Assembly: GCA_004376295.1 (NCBI GenBank)
Contig: SOJZ01000017.1
Location: 14,863 to 78,862, forward strand
DNA length: 64,000 nt
Direction: 5' to 3'
DNA from: Candidatus Bathyarchaeota archaeon
GTDB lineage: Archaea; Thermoproteota; Bathyarchaeia; Bathyarchaeales; Bathyarchaeaceae
In this document: piece by piece, positions 29,639-40,630 of the stretch
Position numbering within the stretch: position 1 is the first letter of the stretch
Layout: the number at the start of each line of letters is the position of its first letter
The notes under the pieces: generated by a model
What the model was told of the DNA's origin: nothing
Databases searched by the model: none
The model's input: only the letters and a program-made list of their open reading frames with translations
Translations under genes and position numbers: made by a program

Positions 29639-30847
29639 CTATTGACGATGCGTGCATTTTGTGATTGTGCTTGTTTGTGATTTTTTTATTAAGTTAACAG
29701 CAAAAACTCCTGAAAAGATGATAACAGACGCTAGCTTGAAGATTATTTGGATGTTGAAGATTATGGAGAGGGCTCCCGCGACTACTGCTCCGAGGGCTGC
29801 ACCAACATTGAACATAGTGGATAGATAGGCAGTAGCCACGTTGCCCGCTTCTGATGGTGCGCATTCTCCAAGCATGGACCATTCTGTTACGGCTCTCATT
29901 CCGTGGGCTACTCCGTATACGGCCATGGAGAAGACTAGAAGGTAAACATTGTCTGTTTCTGAGATTGTTAGGAATGCTATTGTTAGAAGTGTGAAGGCTA
30001 AGATAATGGGCCATTTGCATCCAACTCTGTCAGCCAATTTTCCAGATGGGATGCGAGATAGCATGTTAGTGATTCCTTTGATTCCGAAGAAGAGGGCGAT
30101 GAGGGATGAGGTTAGAAAGAGGTTTTTTTCGGCATGTACTGCGAAGAGAGTGATGAAGAAAGCATTTGCGAAGGAGAAGGTGAGTCGAAGATAGCTTAGA
30201 ACTAGCATGTTTCGGGAAGAAAAGATAGCCTTTAGTGATCCTAGAAGACTTGTTTCTTCATGAGTGGATACGTAGGAACTCTCGCGACGGACTAGTAGGA
30301 GAGGCACTAACCCTATTAGAGGAATGACTGAAGCTAATTGAAACAATTGTGAGTAGTTCACGTAGTTCACAAGGAAGATGCATAAGAAGGGGCCGAAAGT
30401 GGCGGCTACTCCGATAGATGTTAGAAATGTTCCCATGGTGGTTCCTCGTTTGTTTGGTGGTGCTAGATCTTGCGCTATTGCAAGGGCTGTGGGAGCGAAG
30501 GCTGCCAGGATGAGGGCGTGAAAGATTCGTATAGGATAGAACCATGTGTAATTTGGGGCGATTGAATAGAGTAATAAACTGATTGTTTGGCCTATGGCGA
30601 CTACTGGGATGATTGGCCATCTTCCTATGCGCTCGGCTAGCATGCCTAACGGGATTTTAGCTGCTATGGCTACGAATGATAGGAGACTAATTATTATTCC
30701 CAGTTCGAGGGTTGTCGCGCCTTTTTGTATGATGTATAGTGACAGGATGGGCTGTGTTGTTTGGGTGGCGAGAAAGAGAGTTATGGATGTTGCTGTTAGG
30801 ACGTAGAATTCCTTTGGGAGTTTGGCTGTGGTGGTGAATGCCTTCAT
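29639..30847 (-). CDS. MFS transporter
   Basis: 12 predicted helices and GMLAERIGRWP-type loop 2-3 motif. Confidence 0.85.
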   Translation of the reverse strand: MKAFTTTAKLPKEFYVLTATSITLFLATQTTQPILSLYIIQKGATTLELGIIISLLSFVAIAAKIPLGMLAERIGRWPIIPVVAIGQTISLLLYSIAPNYTWFYPIRIFHALILAAFAPTALAIAQDLAPPNKRGTTMGTFLTSIGVAATFGPFLCIFLVNYVNYSQLFQLASVIPLIGLVPLLLVRRESSYVSTHEETSLLGSLKAIFSSRNMLVLSYLRLTFSFANAFFITLFAVHAEKNLFLTSSLIALFFGIKGITNMLSRIPSGKLADRVGCKWPIILAFTLLTIAFLTISETDNVYLLVFSMAVYGVAHGMRAVTEWSMLGECAPSEAGNVATAYLSTMFNVGAALGAVVAGALSIIFNIQIIFKLASVIIFSGVFAVNLIKKSQTSTITKCTHRQ

Positions 30848-30907
30848 CCCCTTCTGATCGTCGATTGTTATCGTGCATGCATGATTACTTCAGGAGGCTT
30901 TAGCGAT

Positions 30908-31447
30908 CTACCTTTTACTTTCTTTTGATTGAACTTGATGATGTGATCTGAATAGACGATACCGGGACAGTCGTGGCCAACCAGTCTTGGCATATCTCAA
31001 TTTATCTGGGTTTTTCCTCAGCCAATTCATCATGTGGAAGAAGCTCTTTGCTCTCTTCTTGTCTCTCGCCCTCAGTGGGTTGTAGCCTAGGTTTCTTATT
31101 TCATCAAGGTACGCAGTTTCCGTGAGATATTGTGGTTCCCCTGTAACTTTTACTCTGAAAATTCGGTTATTGCCATACTTCCTTGTCAAATCCTTGACAG
31201 CTTCGTCGAAGATGTAACCTCTGCAGATGTGTATTGGTTCATCTGGCTTCAGTTTGAGTTTGCCCAATAGTCTGAAAACGGCCTTTGAAGCTTGTTTCAG
31301 ATACTCTTTTCGATTGAATCGTGGAGGTCTAAAATACTTCACATCTAAGATTTCATATCTAAATTCTTGAGTCCTACTGCGAAAAGCTCCTATGACCACA
31401 CCGAAAAGGAGGTCTCCGACACCAGCATCATCGATGATTATTGTCAT
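30908..31447 (-). CDS. Hypothetical protein (179 aa)
   Basis: N-terminus IIIDDAGVGDLLFGVVIG faintly resembles the RNase HII GIDEAGRGP..G motif. Basic C-terminus. No firm family assignment. Confidence 0.45.
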   Translation of the reverse strand: MTIIIDDAGVGDLLFGVVIGAFRSRTQEFRYEILDVKYFRPPRFNRKEYLKQASKAVFRLLGKLKLKPDEPIHICRGYIFDEAVKDLTRKYGNNRIFRVKVTGEPQYLTETAYLDEIRNLGYNPLRARDKKRAKSFFHMMNWLRKNPDKLRYAKTGWPRLSRYRLFRSHHQVQSKESKR

Positions 31448-31795
31448 TTAGTATTGCCTCTGCACGAGCGGTTTCTACGAGTTTGCCAAGCACGCACTGC
31501 AAATATGATTCCTAGGCATTATCTCACTTTCAGTTCCATACAATAGTAGTTGATGGTGCACTGTCTGCCTATTATTAATAACGGTAGAACACATAGAAGA
31601 AGAAAAGATAACGAAACAGTGTGAACGAAGAATAGATGTTAGTATGCGCATGCAAACCAGAACAAGACATCATATATTTGCGCAGATACGAATAACCTGC
31701 ATGGATGCACTTATATAGCATGTATATCTGTTATGCTTGTGGACATAATCTTTATACGTCTCTTTTAAGCCCAATTATGCATTAGGTGTGCATGT

Positions 31796-31981
31796 ATGTT
31801 CACTACGAATTTGAATATACATAAAATGTTTCATCCAAGGATTTCGAAAAGATTGTGCCGAGAGTGCAAGGCAAGGATAAACGGCGTGAGGTTTCACTGT
31901 GCAAAATGCAGCGAATGGTATTGTCTTGACTGTAGAATTGATTTTGGTAAGTGTCCAGAGTGCGGAGGCAAGTTAGAATAA
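31796..31981 (+). CDS. Small multi-Cys zinc-finger protein (61 aa)
   Basis: CRECKARINGVRFHCAKCSEWYCLDCRIDFGKCPECG: four CxxC pairs. Confidence 0.45.
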   Translation: MFTTNLNIHKMFHPRISKRLCRECKARINGVRFHCAKCSEWYCLDCRIDFGKCPECGGKLE

Positions 31982-32061
31982 AAGGGGGTTAGAGTGAAAT
32001 GACAATTAATGCACGCGCGTGTACGATGAAAGTTTAAGTCACCTGCAACAAATGAGATATT

Positions 32062-32538
32062 ATGAACATGCAGATAGTAGATGCAGATAAAAACGATGTC
32101 GAAGGTTTGATAGAGATCTATAGTTTACCACATCTGTACCATAATAGAGAAGAAGCTAGATGGTTTGTAAAATCTTTCTTTGATTATCACCACATAAAAA
32201 TCGTGAAGCATAAGGAAAGAATAATAGGTGTATTATTCTGGAACGTTGTCGAAGAGAAACATCATGGATTAGTCGAGGTTCGTGATTTCTGGATCGATGA
32301 GAGTTTTAGAAGGAGAGGCCTAGGAGAAAGATTTCTTCGAATGGTTATTAAGGACATAAAGCGATTTTTTGCCAAGGACAATTCTACGCTTCGGAAAGTC
32401 ATAGTTACTACGGGCAGTGATAATATTCCAGCAAAGAGGCTCTATGAAAAAGTTGGCTTTCAAAAAGCTGCAGCTATAGCAGACTTATTCGCTCTAGGAG
32501 AGACTGAACTCTTTTATGTTTTGACACTTAACCCTTAA
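32062..32538 (+). CDS. GNAT family N-acetyltransferase
   Basis: FRRRGLGERFL (Q/RxxGxG/A acetyl-CoA loop) and a C-terminal RLYEKVGF motif. Confidence 0.8.
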   Translation: MNMQIVDADKNDVEGLIEIYSLPHLYHNREEARWFVKSFFDYHHIKIVKHKERIIGVLFWNVVEEKHHGLVEVRDFWIDESFRRRGLGERFLRMVIKDIKRFFAKDNSTLRKVIVTTGSDNIPAKRLYEKVGFQKAAAIADLFALGETELFYVLTLNP

Positions 32539-32548
32539 GAGAACAGTA

Positions 32549-33385
32549 ATGAAAGAAAAGGTTCGAGAATGGTATGATACTCATGCTGAGTATGAATGGC
32601 TAAGGCTTTTCCAGGATGGCTACCATCAGCTTGAATATCTTGTGACAATGCATTTTCTACAGAAGTATCTTCCAAAGACTGGCTTGGTTTTGGACGCTGG
32701 AGGTGGACCTGGGCGATACACAATTGAACTAGCCAAAAAAGGCTACAAGGTCGTTCTTTTGGACTTGTCGCCAAAATGCCTTGAAATCGCGAAAAAGGAA
32801 GTAAAAAAAGCTGGTGTGGAAGATATGGTTAGGGCGATTGTGGAAGGGTCCATCACCGATCTGTCGAGATTTGGAAATGAGCTTTTCGATGCTGTGCTCT
32901 GTCTCGGGGGACCGTTATCTCATCTTCTTGAAAGGTCAGAAAGAGAGCGAGCGACAAGCGAGCTTGCGCGAGTGGCAAAGAAAAAAGCACCCCTATTCAT
33001 CTCAGTATTCAATCGATATGGCGTGTTTAGTGTCGTCTTGTCTGCTCATCCAGAAGATTTGACTGACTCGTTTTATAAGGAAATGTTCACAGAAGGGATC
33101 CATAGGGTTCATACGCGATTTGGATCATTCCCGGACGCTTATTTCTTCCTTCCAAACGAATTAAAAGAGTTGCTGGAGAACAACGGATTACAAACTATCA
33201 CGTTGGCGTCATGTGAGGGATTATCAGCGCATCTAGAAGAAGCCACAAACGAGCTTCACGGAAATAGAGAAAAGTGGAGACGATGGTTGAAGATTCTTTT
33301 GCAGACGTGCACTGACCACTCTCTAATCGGTATTGGAAACCATCTTCTTTATGTTGGACGAAAAGAAAGCATAAATGACCTCTAA
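32549..33385 (+). CDS. Class I SAM-dependent methyltransferase
   Basis: VLDAGGGPGRYTIELAKKGYKVVLLDLS (motif I and the acidic post-I residue). Confidence 0.8.
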   Translation: MKEKVREWYDTHAEYEWLRLFQDGYHQLEYLVTMHFLQKYLPKTGLVLDAGGGPGRYTIELAKKGYKVVLLDLSPKCLEIAKKEVKKAGVEDMVRAIVEGSITDLSRFGNELFDAVLCLGGPLSHLLERSERERATSELARVAKKKAPLFISVFNRYGVFSVVLSAHPEDLTDSFYKEMFTEGIHRVHTRFGSFPDAYFFLPNELKELLENNGLQTITLASCEGLSAHLEEATNELHGNREKWRRWLKILLQTCTDHSLIGIGNHLLYVGRKESINDL

Positions 33386-33800
33386 AAGAGCGCGCGCGGC
33401 TAACCCACAATTTTCCAAATGCATGCATAGAAAAAAGGGGAGAGCTTTAGATTTTTTTTAGCAAATAAAGCGACGCTTCTGCCATTCCATTAATGCCTCA
33501 GCTTTTTTGCATTCTGCATTCAGCAAAGCATTTCTGATTTCTCTCTGAGAATCGTGATAGACGTTTACAGGTGCAACTGCGTGGGCGGATTTTTCCTGTT
33601 CGATTGAAGACAAAGGAAACTTCGCGTCCGCTCTTAATAGTCTAAGCACTATTCTTTTCATTTTACCTAGACCTAATCCCCTTTTCAGCTTCTCTTCATG
33701 CTTCTGCACTTTTATCACGATTCTTAATAATGAGCTTTCGTCCATAATTGTGTGTCTGAACAATATCCAAATACAAAACGAAAAACTTATTAAAAGTCGA

Positions 33801-34268
33801 ATGTTGTTCAATATCATGAAGAACATAAAACCCAAACTAATCAGACTGTTCAAAGAAGGCTACTGCACTCCACAAATAGCAAGAATAGCCAGAAAAATAA
33901 ACGAACCTTCCACTACTATTCACTACAACATCAAGAAGCTGGAAAATGAAGGGGCAATAAGAACTTACAAAGCTGTCTTTGACTACAAGAAAATCGATGA
34001 AGGATTTTGCGCATATATGCTCATCGCTTTATCCCCTGCTGAATATATTACTCCTGAAAAAATGGCAAGGAATCTAGCTAAACACAAGGAAGTTGAAAGT
34101 GCAGACCTTGTGGCTGGAGATTGGGAGTTGATCATAAAAATTAGAACAAAAGATCAAGATGAGTATTATGACTTCATTAGAGACGTTGTTTCCAAAGAAG
34201 AAGGCCTTCAGAAGAGTAAGTCCATGATTTCGCTAAAACAAATCAAAACAGAGTTTGTCTCATTGTAA
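33801..34268 (+). CDS. Lrp/AsnC family transcriptional regulator
   Basis: HTH (TPQIARIARKINEPSTTIHYNIKKLENEGAI) plus a RAM-like C-terminal domain. Start taken at the ATG at 33801; 33816 is also possible. Confidence 0.72.
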   Translation: MLFNIMKNIKPKLIRLFKEGYCTPQIARIARKINEPSTTIHYNIKKLENEGAIRTYKAVFDYKKIDEGFCAYMLIALSPAEYITPEKMARNLAKHKEVESADLVAGDWELIIKIRTKDQDEYYDFIRDVVSKEEGLQKSKSMISLKQIKTEFVSL

Positions 34269-34506
34269 CATTCGATTGCGAGCACACTGATCACCCTCAA
34301 TTAAGGTCCTCCTCAAGCCTATTCTTCGGTGACTTTGCATACCTTCTAAGAAAGGGATACGATTGAAGCGAATATTATACACAAAGGAACGATGATAATG
34401 CATGCAAAACCTTCTTGCTAAGACGTCCCGTAGGAATCAAAATGTGTTTGACTTCGAAAGGGCATTGGCAAATTAGGTCTTGCGTGCTTGTTTTGAAATG
34501 CTATAA

Positions 34507-35655
34507 CTAGGCATATGCTTTGCTCTCTGTGATTTTTATTCCCCGCTTCCTCAACTCCTTTAAGAACGTAGAGAAGAACTCTTCGCTCATACCGATTCTT
34601 TCAGGAGGAACAACGCCTTTTTCTCTTATGACTTTTCTTAGAATTAACTGCGCAATGATTGATGCTGTATAAGCAGTGGTTCTTGCCATGGCTGTTATTC
34701 CTTTTCTTTCATCATATTGATCTAAAAGATGATAAGCGTAACTAACGTGCCTGCCACTTCTGACTCCTGAAACCTCAACTTTCATTGCCACGATATCTTT
34801 TACTCCGGGCATCAGGAGTTTCTGCCCAAGAAGTCTCGCGCTCAGCCTTCTCGGTGAAAGACTCACACCATTAACATCGATTAGTTCTTCATCGAAAAAC
34901 CCTAAAGTCTTAAGCAACTCTATATTCTTTGCGTGTCCCGGGTATCGAAGCGTTTTCTCCCACATATCCTCCACATCTTTTACCGTGTGTAGTAAGGTTT
35001 TAAGCCCGTCCGTATAGAAGGCTTCAAGTCTCCCAACACCTGGAAACTCAACTTCTTCTAACCCGGTTAAAGCTTCAACATCAATTACCTTAGAATCTTT
35101 GATTATTCTCGCTTTTCTTGTATACTCGTCAATAACGCTGTCAACAGAAAATGTGATAGTGTAGCCCAAAGGAGGCACAGGTGTCGCTGGTAGACCACCA
35201 ACCATTATGTGCACTGTTTGAGTTTCGTCAAGTCGTCTTATGGCGTGTCCAACAAGAATGTTGCTAATGCCGGGCGCTAAACCACAACTTGGGATTATAG
35301 TCGCATTTGCTCTTGCAGCCTCGTCGTTCAATGTTAAAGGGTTCTCGGGCATATATGAAACGTCCACTAAATCCTTTCCCGCGTCAACACATGCTTTTAC
35401 TAAGCGATAGCCAAGGTCTCCTGGCAAAAACCCCATCACCAAATCGAAAGTTTCTAAAGCGTGCACCAATTCATTGTAGTTTGACGCGTTCAATTGAATC
35501 CCTGCAACATTGTCTTTGCCAATTCTCTTGGCAACCTCCTTGGCTCTCACCATGTTTTTATCTGCCACGAAAACTTCAACTGAACTCATGCTTTCAGCAA
35601 AATCTTGTGTAGCAACGGAACCTATGTTTCCGCAACCTAAGATAAGCGCTTTCAT
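34507..35655 (-). CDS. Saccharopine dehydrogenase family oxidoreductase
   Basis: MKALILGCGNIGS Rossmann start and GLAPGISNIL motif. 382 aa. Confidence 0.82.
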   Translation of the reverse strand: MKALILGCGNIGSVATQDFAESMSSVEVFVADKNMVRAKEVAKRIGKDNVAGIQLNASNYNELVHALETFDLVMGFLPGDLGYRLVKACVDAGKDLVDVSYMPENPLTLNDEAARANATIIPSCGLAPGISNILVGHAIRRLDETQTVHIMVGGLPATPVPPLGYTITFSVDSVIDEYTRKARIIKDSKVIDVEALTGLEEVEFPGVGRLEAFYTDGLKTLLHTVKDVEDMWEKTLRYPGHAKNIELLKTLGFFDEELIDVNGVSLSPRRLSARLLGQKLLMPGVKDIVAMKVEVSGVRSGRHVSYAYHLLDQYDERKGITAMARTTAYTASIIAQLILRKVIREKGVVPPERIGMSEEFFSTFLKELRKRGIKITESKAYA

Positions 35656-35967
35656 AAACTAGGAAAAGGCATCAACGTCAATAAAGCTTTCTGAATGTTA
35701 ACTTGCATAAGAGGTGTAACATGCAGTTAAGCACGTCAACAAATAATTTATCGTGGTTCATTGCATGTATACAAGCTTGTTTCTGTGTTTGCTTCAAGAT
35801 TGAATGGGTAAGTCAGTGAGTTTGTTGAGAGAGAAGATACTAGGGAGGTATTCGGTCTTATTGAGAGATTTGAAGAAACGCTTGCGAAAATAATCGAGGA
35901 CTTGAATGTGAGAAAGATGAAGACTATAAGAGAATTCGCCACTAATTAGGAACAAAGAGTAGCTACT

Positions 35968-36534
35968 ATGTTAAGGTCGAGGGAATTAAGGTTGGATGTT
36001 TTCGAGGCTATTCAAAAAAGGAAATCAGTTAGGTCATATAAGCCTACACCAGTTCCGGTTGATAAACTGAAGAAGATCTTGGAGGCGGCTAGACTAGCTC
36101 CTTCAGCAGGGAACACTCAGCCTTGGCACTTTATCGTAGTCACAGATCCAGATAAGAGAAGAAAGATCGCTAGGGGATGTAGATTTGGTCGTTTTTTGGC
36201 AGAGTCACCTGTGGTTATTGTTGGATGCGGCAATCAGAGGGCTTCCCCGCGTTGGTATGCCATTGATACATGCATTGCCATGGAGAACCTCGTGTTAGCC
36301 GCCACTGGCGAAGGATTTGGAACATGCTGGATAGGTTTCTTTAATGAAAAAGAGATTAGAGAAATGTTGAAAATACCTGGCCGTCTGGAGGTCGTGGCGC
36401 TATTGGCTTTAGGCTATCCAAGAGAGAAGCTGGATATCTCAGCTAAGCTGGCTCACTTGATAAGGCCTAGGAAGAAATTGAGGAAAATAGTCCACGTCGA
36501 AGAGTATGGCAAAAAGTTTCCGGATTCCTCATAA
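35968..36534 (+). CDS. Nitroreductase family protein
   Basis: RKSVRSYK, APSAGNTQPW and GTCWIG motifs. Confidence 0.85.
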   Translation: MLRSRELRLDVFEAIQKRKSVRSYKPTPVPVDKLKKILEAARLAPSAGNTQPWHFIVVTDPDKRRKIARGCRFGRFLAESPVVIVGCGNQRASPRWYAIDTCIAMENLVLAATGEGFGTCWIGFFNEKEIREMLKIPGRLEVVALLALGYPREKLDISAKLAHLIRPRKKLRKIVHVEEYGKKFPDSS

Positions 36535-36601
36535 AATGTTTGCAAGCACACACAACTTATATTGAATCCGTTCGATATTTTGAGTTAACGGTGATATTAA
36601 G

Positions 36602-37105
36602 ATGAGTAGAACAATTGAGAATTTGAAGGCTGCGTTTGCAGGTGAGTCACAAGCAAATCGACGATATTTGGCTTTTGCTGAAAAGGCTGAGAAAGAAGGC
36701 TTAATGCAAGCTGCAAAACTTTTTAGAGCAGCAGCAGAAGCAGAGACAATACATGCTCTGAATCATCTTAGAATAATGGGAGAGATAAAATCAACAATAG
36801 AGAACTTGGATGCTGCAGTTTCCGGAGAGACCTTTGAGTTTAAAGAAATGTATCCGAAATACTTGAGTATCGCCAAACAGGAAGAAAATGATCAAGCGGC
36901 TTGGAGCTTTGATGTAGCAAACAAGGTTGAGCAAGTACACGCTGGCTTATTCTCAAAGGCAGTTGAAGCGTTAAGAAATAACAAGGAATTAACAAAAATC
37001 GACTATTATGTTTGCAGCGTCTGTGGGAACACTGTCGAAGGCATGGCTCCAGAAAAATGTTCAATCTGCGGAGCACCGAAAACAAAATTCTTCAAGATAG
37101 CCTAG
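36602..37105 (+). CDS. rbr: Rubrerythrin
   Basis: NLKAAFAGESQANRRY (diiron four-helix bundle) and a C-terminal rubredoxin-like CSVCG...CSICG. Confidence 0.9.
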   Translation: MSRTIENLKAAFAGESQANRRYLAFAEKAEKEGLMQAAKLFRAAAEAETIHALNHLRIMGEIKSTIENLDAAVSGETFEFKEMYPKYLSIAKQEENDQAAWSFDVANKVEQVHAGLFSKAVEALRNNKELTKIDYYVCSVCGNTVEGMAPEKCSICGAPKTKFFKIA

Positions 37106-37330
37106 CGCGCGCAAAGGCGACTTGACCATTTTACAATTTTTAAGATTTTGTCGACTAAAAGAATGATTTGCATGCATACGTCAGTTTTAGACCTTTTGAC
37201 ATTTTCTATCCATTGTAAGAACTGACAGAAGTTCTAGAATTAGAGATGGAAGTTTCTGCACGCGCGCCGAAAGCTTTAAGTATTCTAATTACGTGATACT
37301 CGTTACACAGTACGTATTACATATTGTGAG

Positions 37331-37744
37331 GTGAAAGGGATGGATGAAAATGTGGAAATAGACGAAGAGATGGAAGCGTGTTGCCCAGACCTTGAGGGAC
37401 ACGAAAGCGAAAAGAAGAAAATGAAATATCTGATAAAGATGCGTTGCCCCGAAGGTGAAGACGCAGAGAAAATCAAAGAGAAAGTTCTAATGAGGTTAGG
37501 CAAAGAGTTGGGCGGTCGGAGTAACGTAGTTATGACAAGATTGAACGATGATGACTTGAAAAAGATTGATGCTCTTGTCGAGGTAGAAGCGTTCAAGAGC
37601 CGATCTGAAGCAGCCGCCTTCTTCATCAAAGAGGGAGTCCAGGCACGAAAGGACCTGTTTCAGAAAGTCATGCCAACAGTAGCCAAGATAAGAGAGCTAA
37701 AGGAGCAAGCCAAAAAGTCACTCAGCCAAGAAGAAACACGATAA
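37331..37744 (+). CDS. Ribbon-helix-helix (CopG/Arc-like) domain protein
   Basis: VVMTRLNDDDLKKIDALVEVEAFKSRSEAAAFFIKEG fits a beta-strand/helix/helix RHH pattern. Acidic N-terminal extension. Confidence 0.5.
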   Translation: MKGMDENVEIDEEMEACCPDLEGHESEKKKMKYLIKMRCPEGEDAEKIKEKVLMRLGKELGGRSNVVMTRLNDDDLKKIDALVEVEAFKSRSEAAAFFIKEGVQARKDLFQKVMPTVAKIRELKEQAKKSLSQEETR

Positions 37745-37774
37745 GTCCATAGACGCACAAAAGGACGTGCTAGT

Positions 37775-38764
37775 GTGGAAGCGGAAAAGACAAAGAAAAA
37801 AGTGCGGATGTCGGAAACTGGAAAACGTGTAATGAAACAAAAAGTACTGCCAAAAAAATTGCCTGAACTAAAAGAATTAACCCTTGAAACTATCAGGGAA
37901 ACCATAGCAGGAATTCAAAAGGCTATAAGAGAAAACTATGTCTTCCCTGAACAGGTGGAAGACCTCTGTCGCTCTTTGGAAACTCATCACGCGAACAGTG
38001 ACTATGATCAGATAACTGATCCTAGAACTTTCTGCGAACAGTTAACCCAGCATTTGCGGAATGTTGTTAATGATAGGCATCTACAGGTCATGTTGCCTGG
38101 GGACATGTCCAGCATTATCTCTCACGCAATGAAAAAGCCTAGTGAAGGGAACAAAAGGGCACACCCCGATTTGACCAACGTGGAAATCTTACCAGGTAAC
38201 ATCGGCTACATCAAAATCACCATGTTCAACCCACTAAGTGATTCAATAGATGAATTAGAAGGAGCCATGCAGTTTGTCAAGAACACGGACGCATTGATCA
38301 TTGACCTCCGGAAGTGCCGCGGTGGCCACGGTGACTCGGCGAACTTTCTATTAAGCTATTTCTTTGACTCTGAAGTCCCGTTAATACTTTTGGAAACGTA
38401 TTTCAGGCCGCAGAATCACACATTTCAATGCCAGACAACGAAAACGCCTTTCAAGTACACGAAACCGATTTATGCACTTACGAGTGGCTTTACAGGCTCT
38501 TGTGGCGAACATTTTGCCTTTGCCCTGAAGATTCATAAAAAGGCAACGCTGGTTGGAACGAACACTGCTGGTTTAGCTCATCCAGTAGCCTTCATAGGTT
38601 TAGATACAGGTATATTATTCAAGGTGCCGATTGGCCGTACCTACAACCCCAAAACGAATGAAGACTGGGAAGGAACTGGTGTTACCCCAGATATCAGCTG
38701 TTCAGAGGATAATGCCCTCACTGAAGCCGAGAAAGACATACACACTATGCGCACACGCGCATAA
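37775..38764 (+). CDS. Peptidase S41 family (tail-specific/IRBP-like) protein
   Basis: GNIGYIKITMF, LIIDLRKCRGGHG and TSGFTGSCGEHFAFALK (Ser nucleophile region). Confidence 0.68.
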   Translation: MEAEKTKKKVRMSETGKRVMKQKVLPKKLPELKELTLETIRETIAGIQKAIRENYVFPEQVEDLCRSLETHHANSDYDQITDPRTFCEQLTQHLRNVVNDRHLQVMLPGDMSSIISHAMKKPSEGNKRAHPDLTNVEILPGNIGYIKITMFNPLSDSIDELEGAMQFVKNTDALIIDLRKCRGGHGDSANFLLSYFFDSEVPLILLETYFRPQNHTFQCQTTKTPFKYTKPIYALTSGFTGSCGEHFAFALKIHKKATLVGTNTAGLAHPVAFIGLDTGILFKVPIGRTYNPKTNEDWEGTGVTPDISCSEDNALTEAEKDIHTMRTRA

Positions 38765-39008
38765 TTGTCTTTTTATGAAATCAGCAAAAAAAGTTTATAC
38801 CCTAATTTACACTCTGGAATGATGTTTAGAGTATAAATTTAACAATTTTTAATTTGGAAAACTAGAGAAAATCCAAAATCTATGTGACAAGTTGTGAACA
38901 CCTCTCTTCAGGCTCTCTTTTAGCTTCTGTGGTTACTTTTTTAATATCCATGCATTGAATGTATTATAATAGAAGTGTTGGCTCGTGACAGCTGTGAGTT
39001 GACAGTCG

Positions 39009-39257
39009 ATGCCTTACTATGTTTACATCCTTCTTTGCAAAGACGGCAGCTATTACACTGGATACGCCAAGGATTTGAAACACCGGGTTGAACAACACAA
39101 GAAGGGTCAAGGCGCCAGATATACAAGAATTCATGAAGCTGAGAAGATGGCATACGTGGAGGAGTTCAGCAGCCGGAGTGAGGCTATGAAGAGAGAACGC
39201 AGAATCAAATCGCTCAGCCACGGCGAGAAACAACGATTGATTAACAGCCAACAATAA
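39009..39257 (+). CDS. GIY-YIG nuclease superfamily protein (UPF0213-like, 82 aa)
   Basis: YYVYILLCKDGSYYTGYAKDLKHRVEQH...RERRIK. Confidence 0.85.
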   Translation: MPYYVYILLCKDGSYYTGYAKDLKHRVEQHKKGQGARYTRIHEAEKMAYVEEFSSRSEAMKRERRIKSLSHGEKQRLINSQQ

Positions 39258-39456
39258 AATGTATGCATGCATGCAAAACAGATTGACAAGAAGCATTCTT
39301 CTCAACATGGACTATGTATGCAGAAATCCTTAGAGAGATCCTTTCTGGGGAAAGAAGCCAATCACCTTAAGTTGGAATGGATTGAGGAAGACGATATTAG
39401 GAGCCCTGAGTAGTATCTCCCGACCAATACGCAGAGACAAAGTAGAGAGTGGTTAT

Positions 39457-40047
39457 ATGAACGATATCAGGAGAGTGTTAGGGATTGTGGCTAGTCCCCA
39501 CAATTCAGGAAACACAGCTCGACTAGTTAAGGAGGTTCTTAGAGGTGGAGAAGAAAACGGATATAGAACAGAGATGCAATGTCTGGGAACCTTAAATATA
39601 AACCCAGTAGTTGCATCTGTTTCAGATGAAGAATCCATATGGAGTCAACATTCAAACAAACCCTATGGAGTAAGTATGCCGATAGACGATATGGAGCAGA
39701 TTTCTTCATCTCTTGAGAAAATGAGTGTGTTTGTTTTTGGAACTCCCATTTACTACGATCATGTTAGTGCTCGTGCAAAGATATTCATCGATCGCCTAAT
39801 CCAATATCAAGATGAAAGGGTAAAGAATCGTTTTCCTAGAAATGTTCGCGCGGTAATCATAGTAACCTACGAGTGGGAAAAGCCAGAAGCTTATAGTGGC
39901 GTTGTGAATTGGTTAAAGCATACATTTGAGGCTTATTTCAAAATGAAAGTTATCGCGTCACTACAGGCTGAAAACACAGTAAAGAATCCTGTGGCTAACA
40001 GAAGCGATCTATTGCAGAAAGCTCATCAAATAGGAAGAAACCTGTAA
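39457..40047 (+). CDS. Flavodoxin-fold NAD(P)H-dependent FMN reductase-like protein
   Basis: VLGIVASPHNSGNTARLV and FGTPIYYDHVSA motifs. Start moved to the ATG at 39457. Confidence 0.68.
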   Translation: MNDIRRVLGIVASPHNSGNTARLVKEVLRGGEENGYRTEMQCLGTLNINPVVASVSDEESIWSQHSNKPYGVSMPIDDMEQISSSLEKMSVFVFGTPIYYDHVSARAKIFIDRLIQYQDERVKNRFPRNVRAVIIVTYEWEKPEAYSGVVNWLKHTFEAYFKMKVIASLQAENTVKNPVANRSDLLQKAHQIGRNL

Positions 40048-40074
40048 GGCACGCGCATCAGAAATCCCTAGGTG

Positions 40075-40133
40075 GAGAGAAAAAATGGAATTTCTAAGAA
40101 GTCAACCAGTTCAGAAATTATGAGTCAGGAAAT
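40075..40133 (+). repeat. TTTCTAA/TTAGAAA hairpin element, copy C
   Basis: AGAGAAAAAATGGAATTTCTAAGAAGTCAACCAGTTCAGAAATTATGAGTCAGGAAA is colinear with copies A and B. The inverted repeat is retained with one bulge. Confidence 0.6.
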
Positions 40134-40192
40134 TGAGTGTGATTTTTCTCTTATCGAATTCTGTAGCTGCTCGAGCAATCTTTCTTTTGAAT

Positions 40193-40591
40193 TCATTTCT
40201 TAGTTTCATCTTTAAGGTCTATGCAGTCGCAGAGAAGATCATATACGGGTTTGGAGCTTTTGATGATCGTGGCTTCACGATTCTTTATGATCTTTTTCTT
40301 TTTCCTTATTGTCTTCAGTTTGGATCGTGAACGCAGGCTTGTCCAGATTCCTATTATGGTGAGAATGCTGAAAAATGTGAGGTTAAGCAGGTCTAGGAGG
40401 ATGATTTTTTCTATTGGAAGGACGGAGAAGATGTATGCGACGATGGTGCTTGCTGCGGGAGCTATTACAGTAAGGGCTAATCCTGTTCGGAATTCGGCGA
40501 GTGCTGTTCTTTCTTCTGCCATATAGTTTCTTTCTAAGGCCAACAGGGTACGGATTTTTGCGAGGATTTCCTGCTCGCTAGGCTCTACCAT
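40193..40591 (-). CDS. DUF202 (YidH-like) membrane protein
   Basis: LALERNYMAEERTALAEFRTGLAL followed by two or three TM helices. Confidence 0.68.
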   Translation of the reverse strand: MVEPSEQEILAKIRTLLALERNYMAEERTALAEFRTGLALTVIAPAASTIVAYIFSVLPIEKIILLDLLNLTFFSILTIIGIWTSLRSRSKLKTIRKKKKIIKNREATIIKSSKPVYDLLCDCIDLKDETKK

Positions 40592-40630
40592 ATTCTAGCG
40601 TCCACCGGTGAATGGCGCTTCCCGCGACCT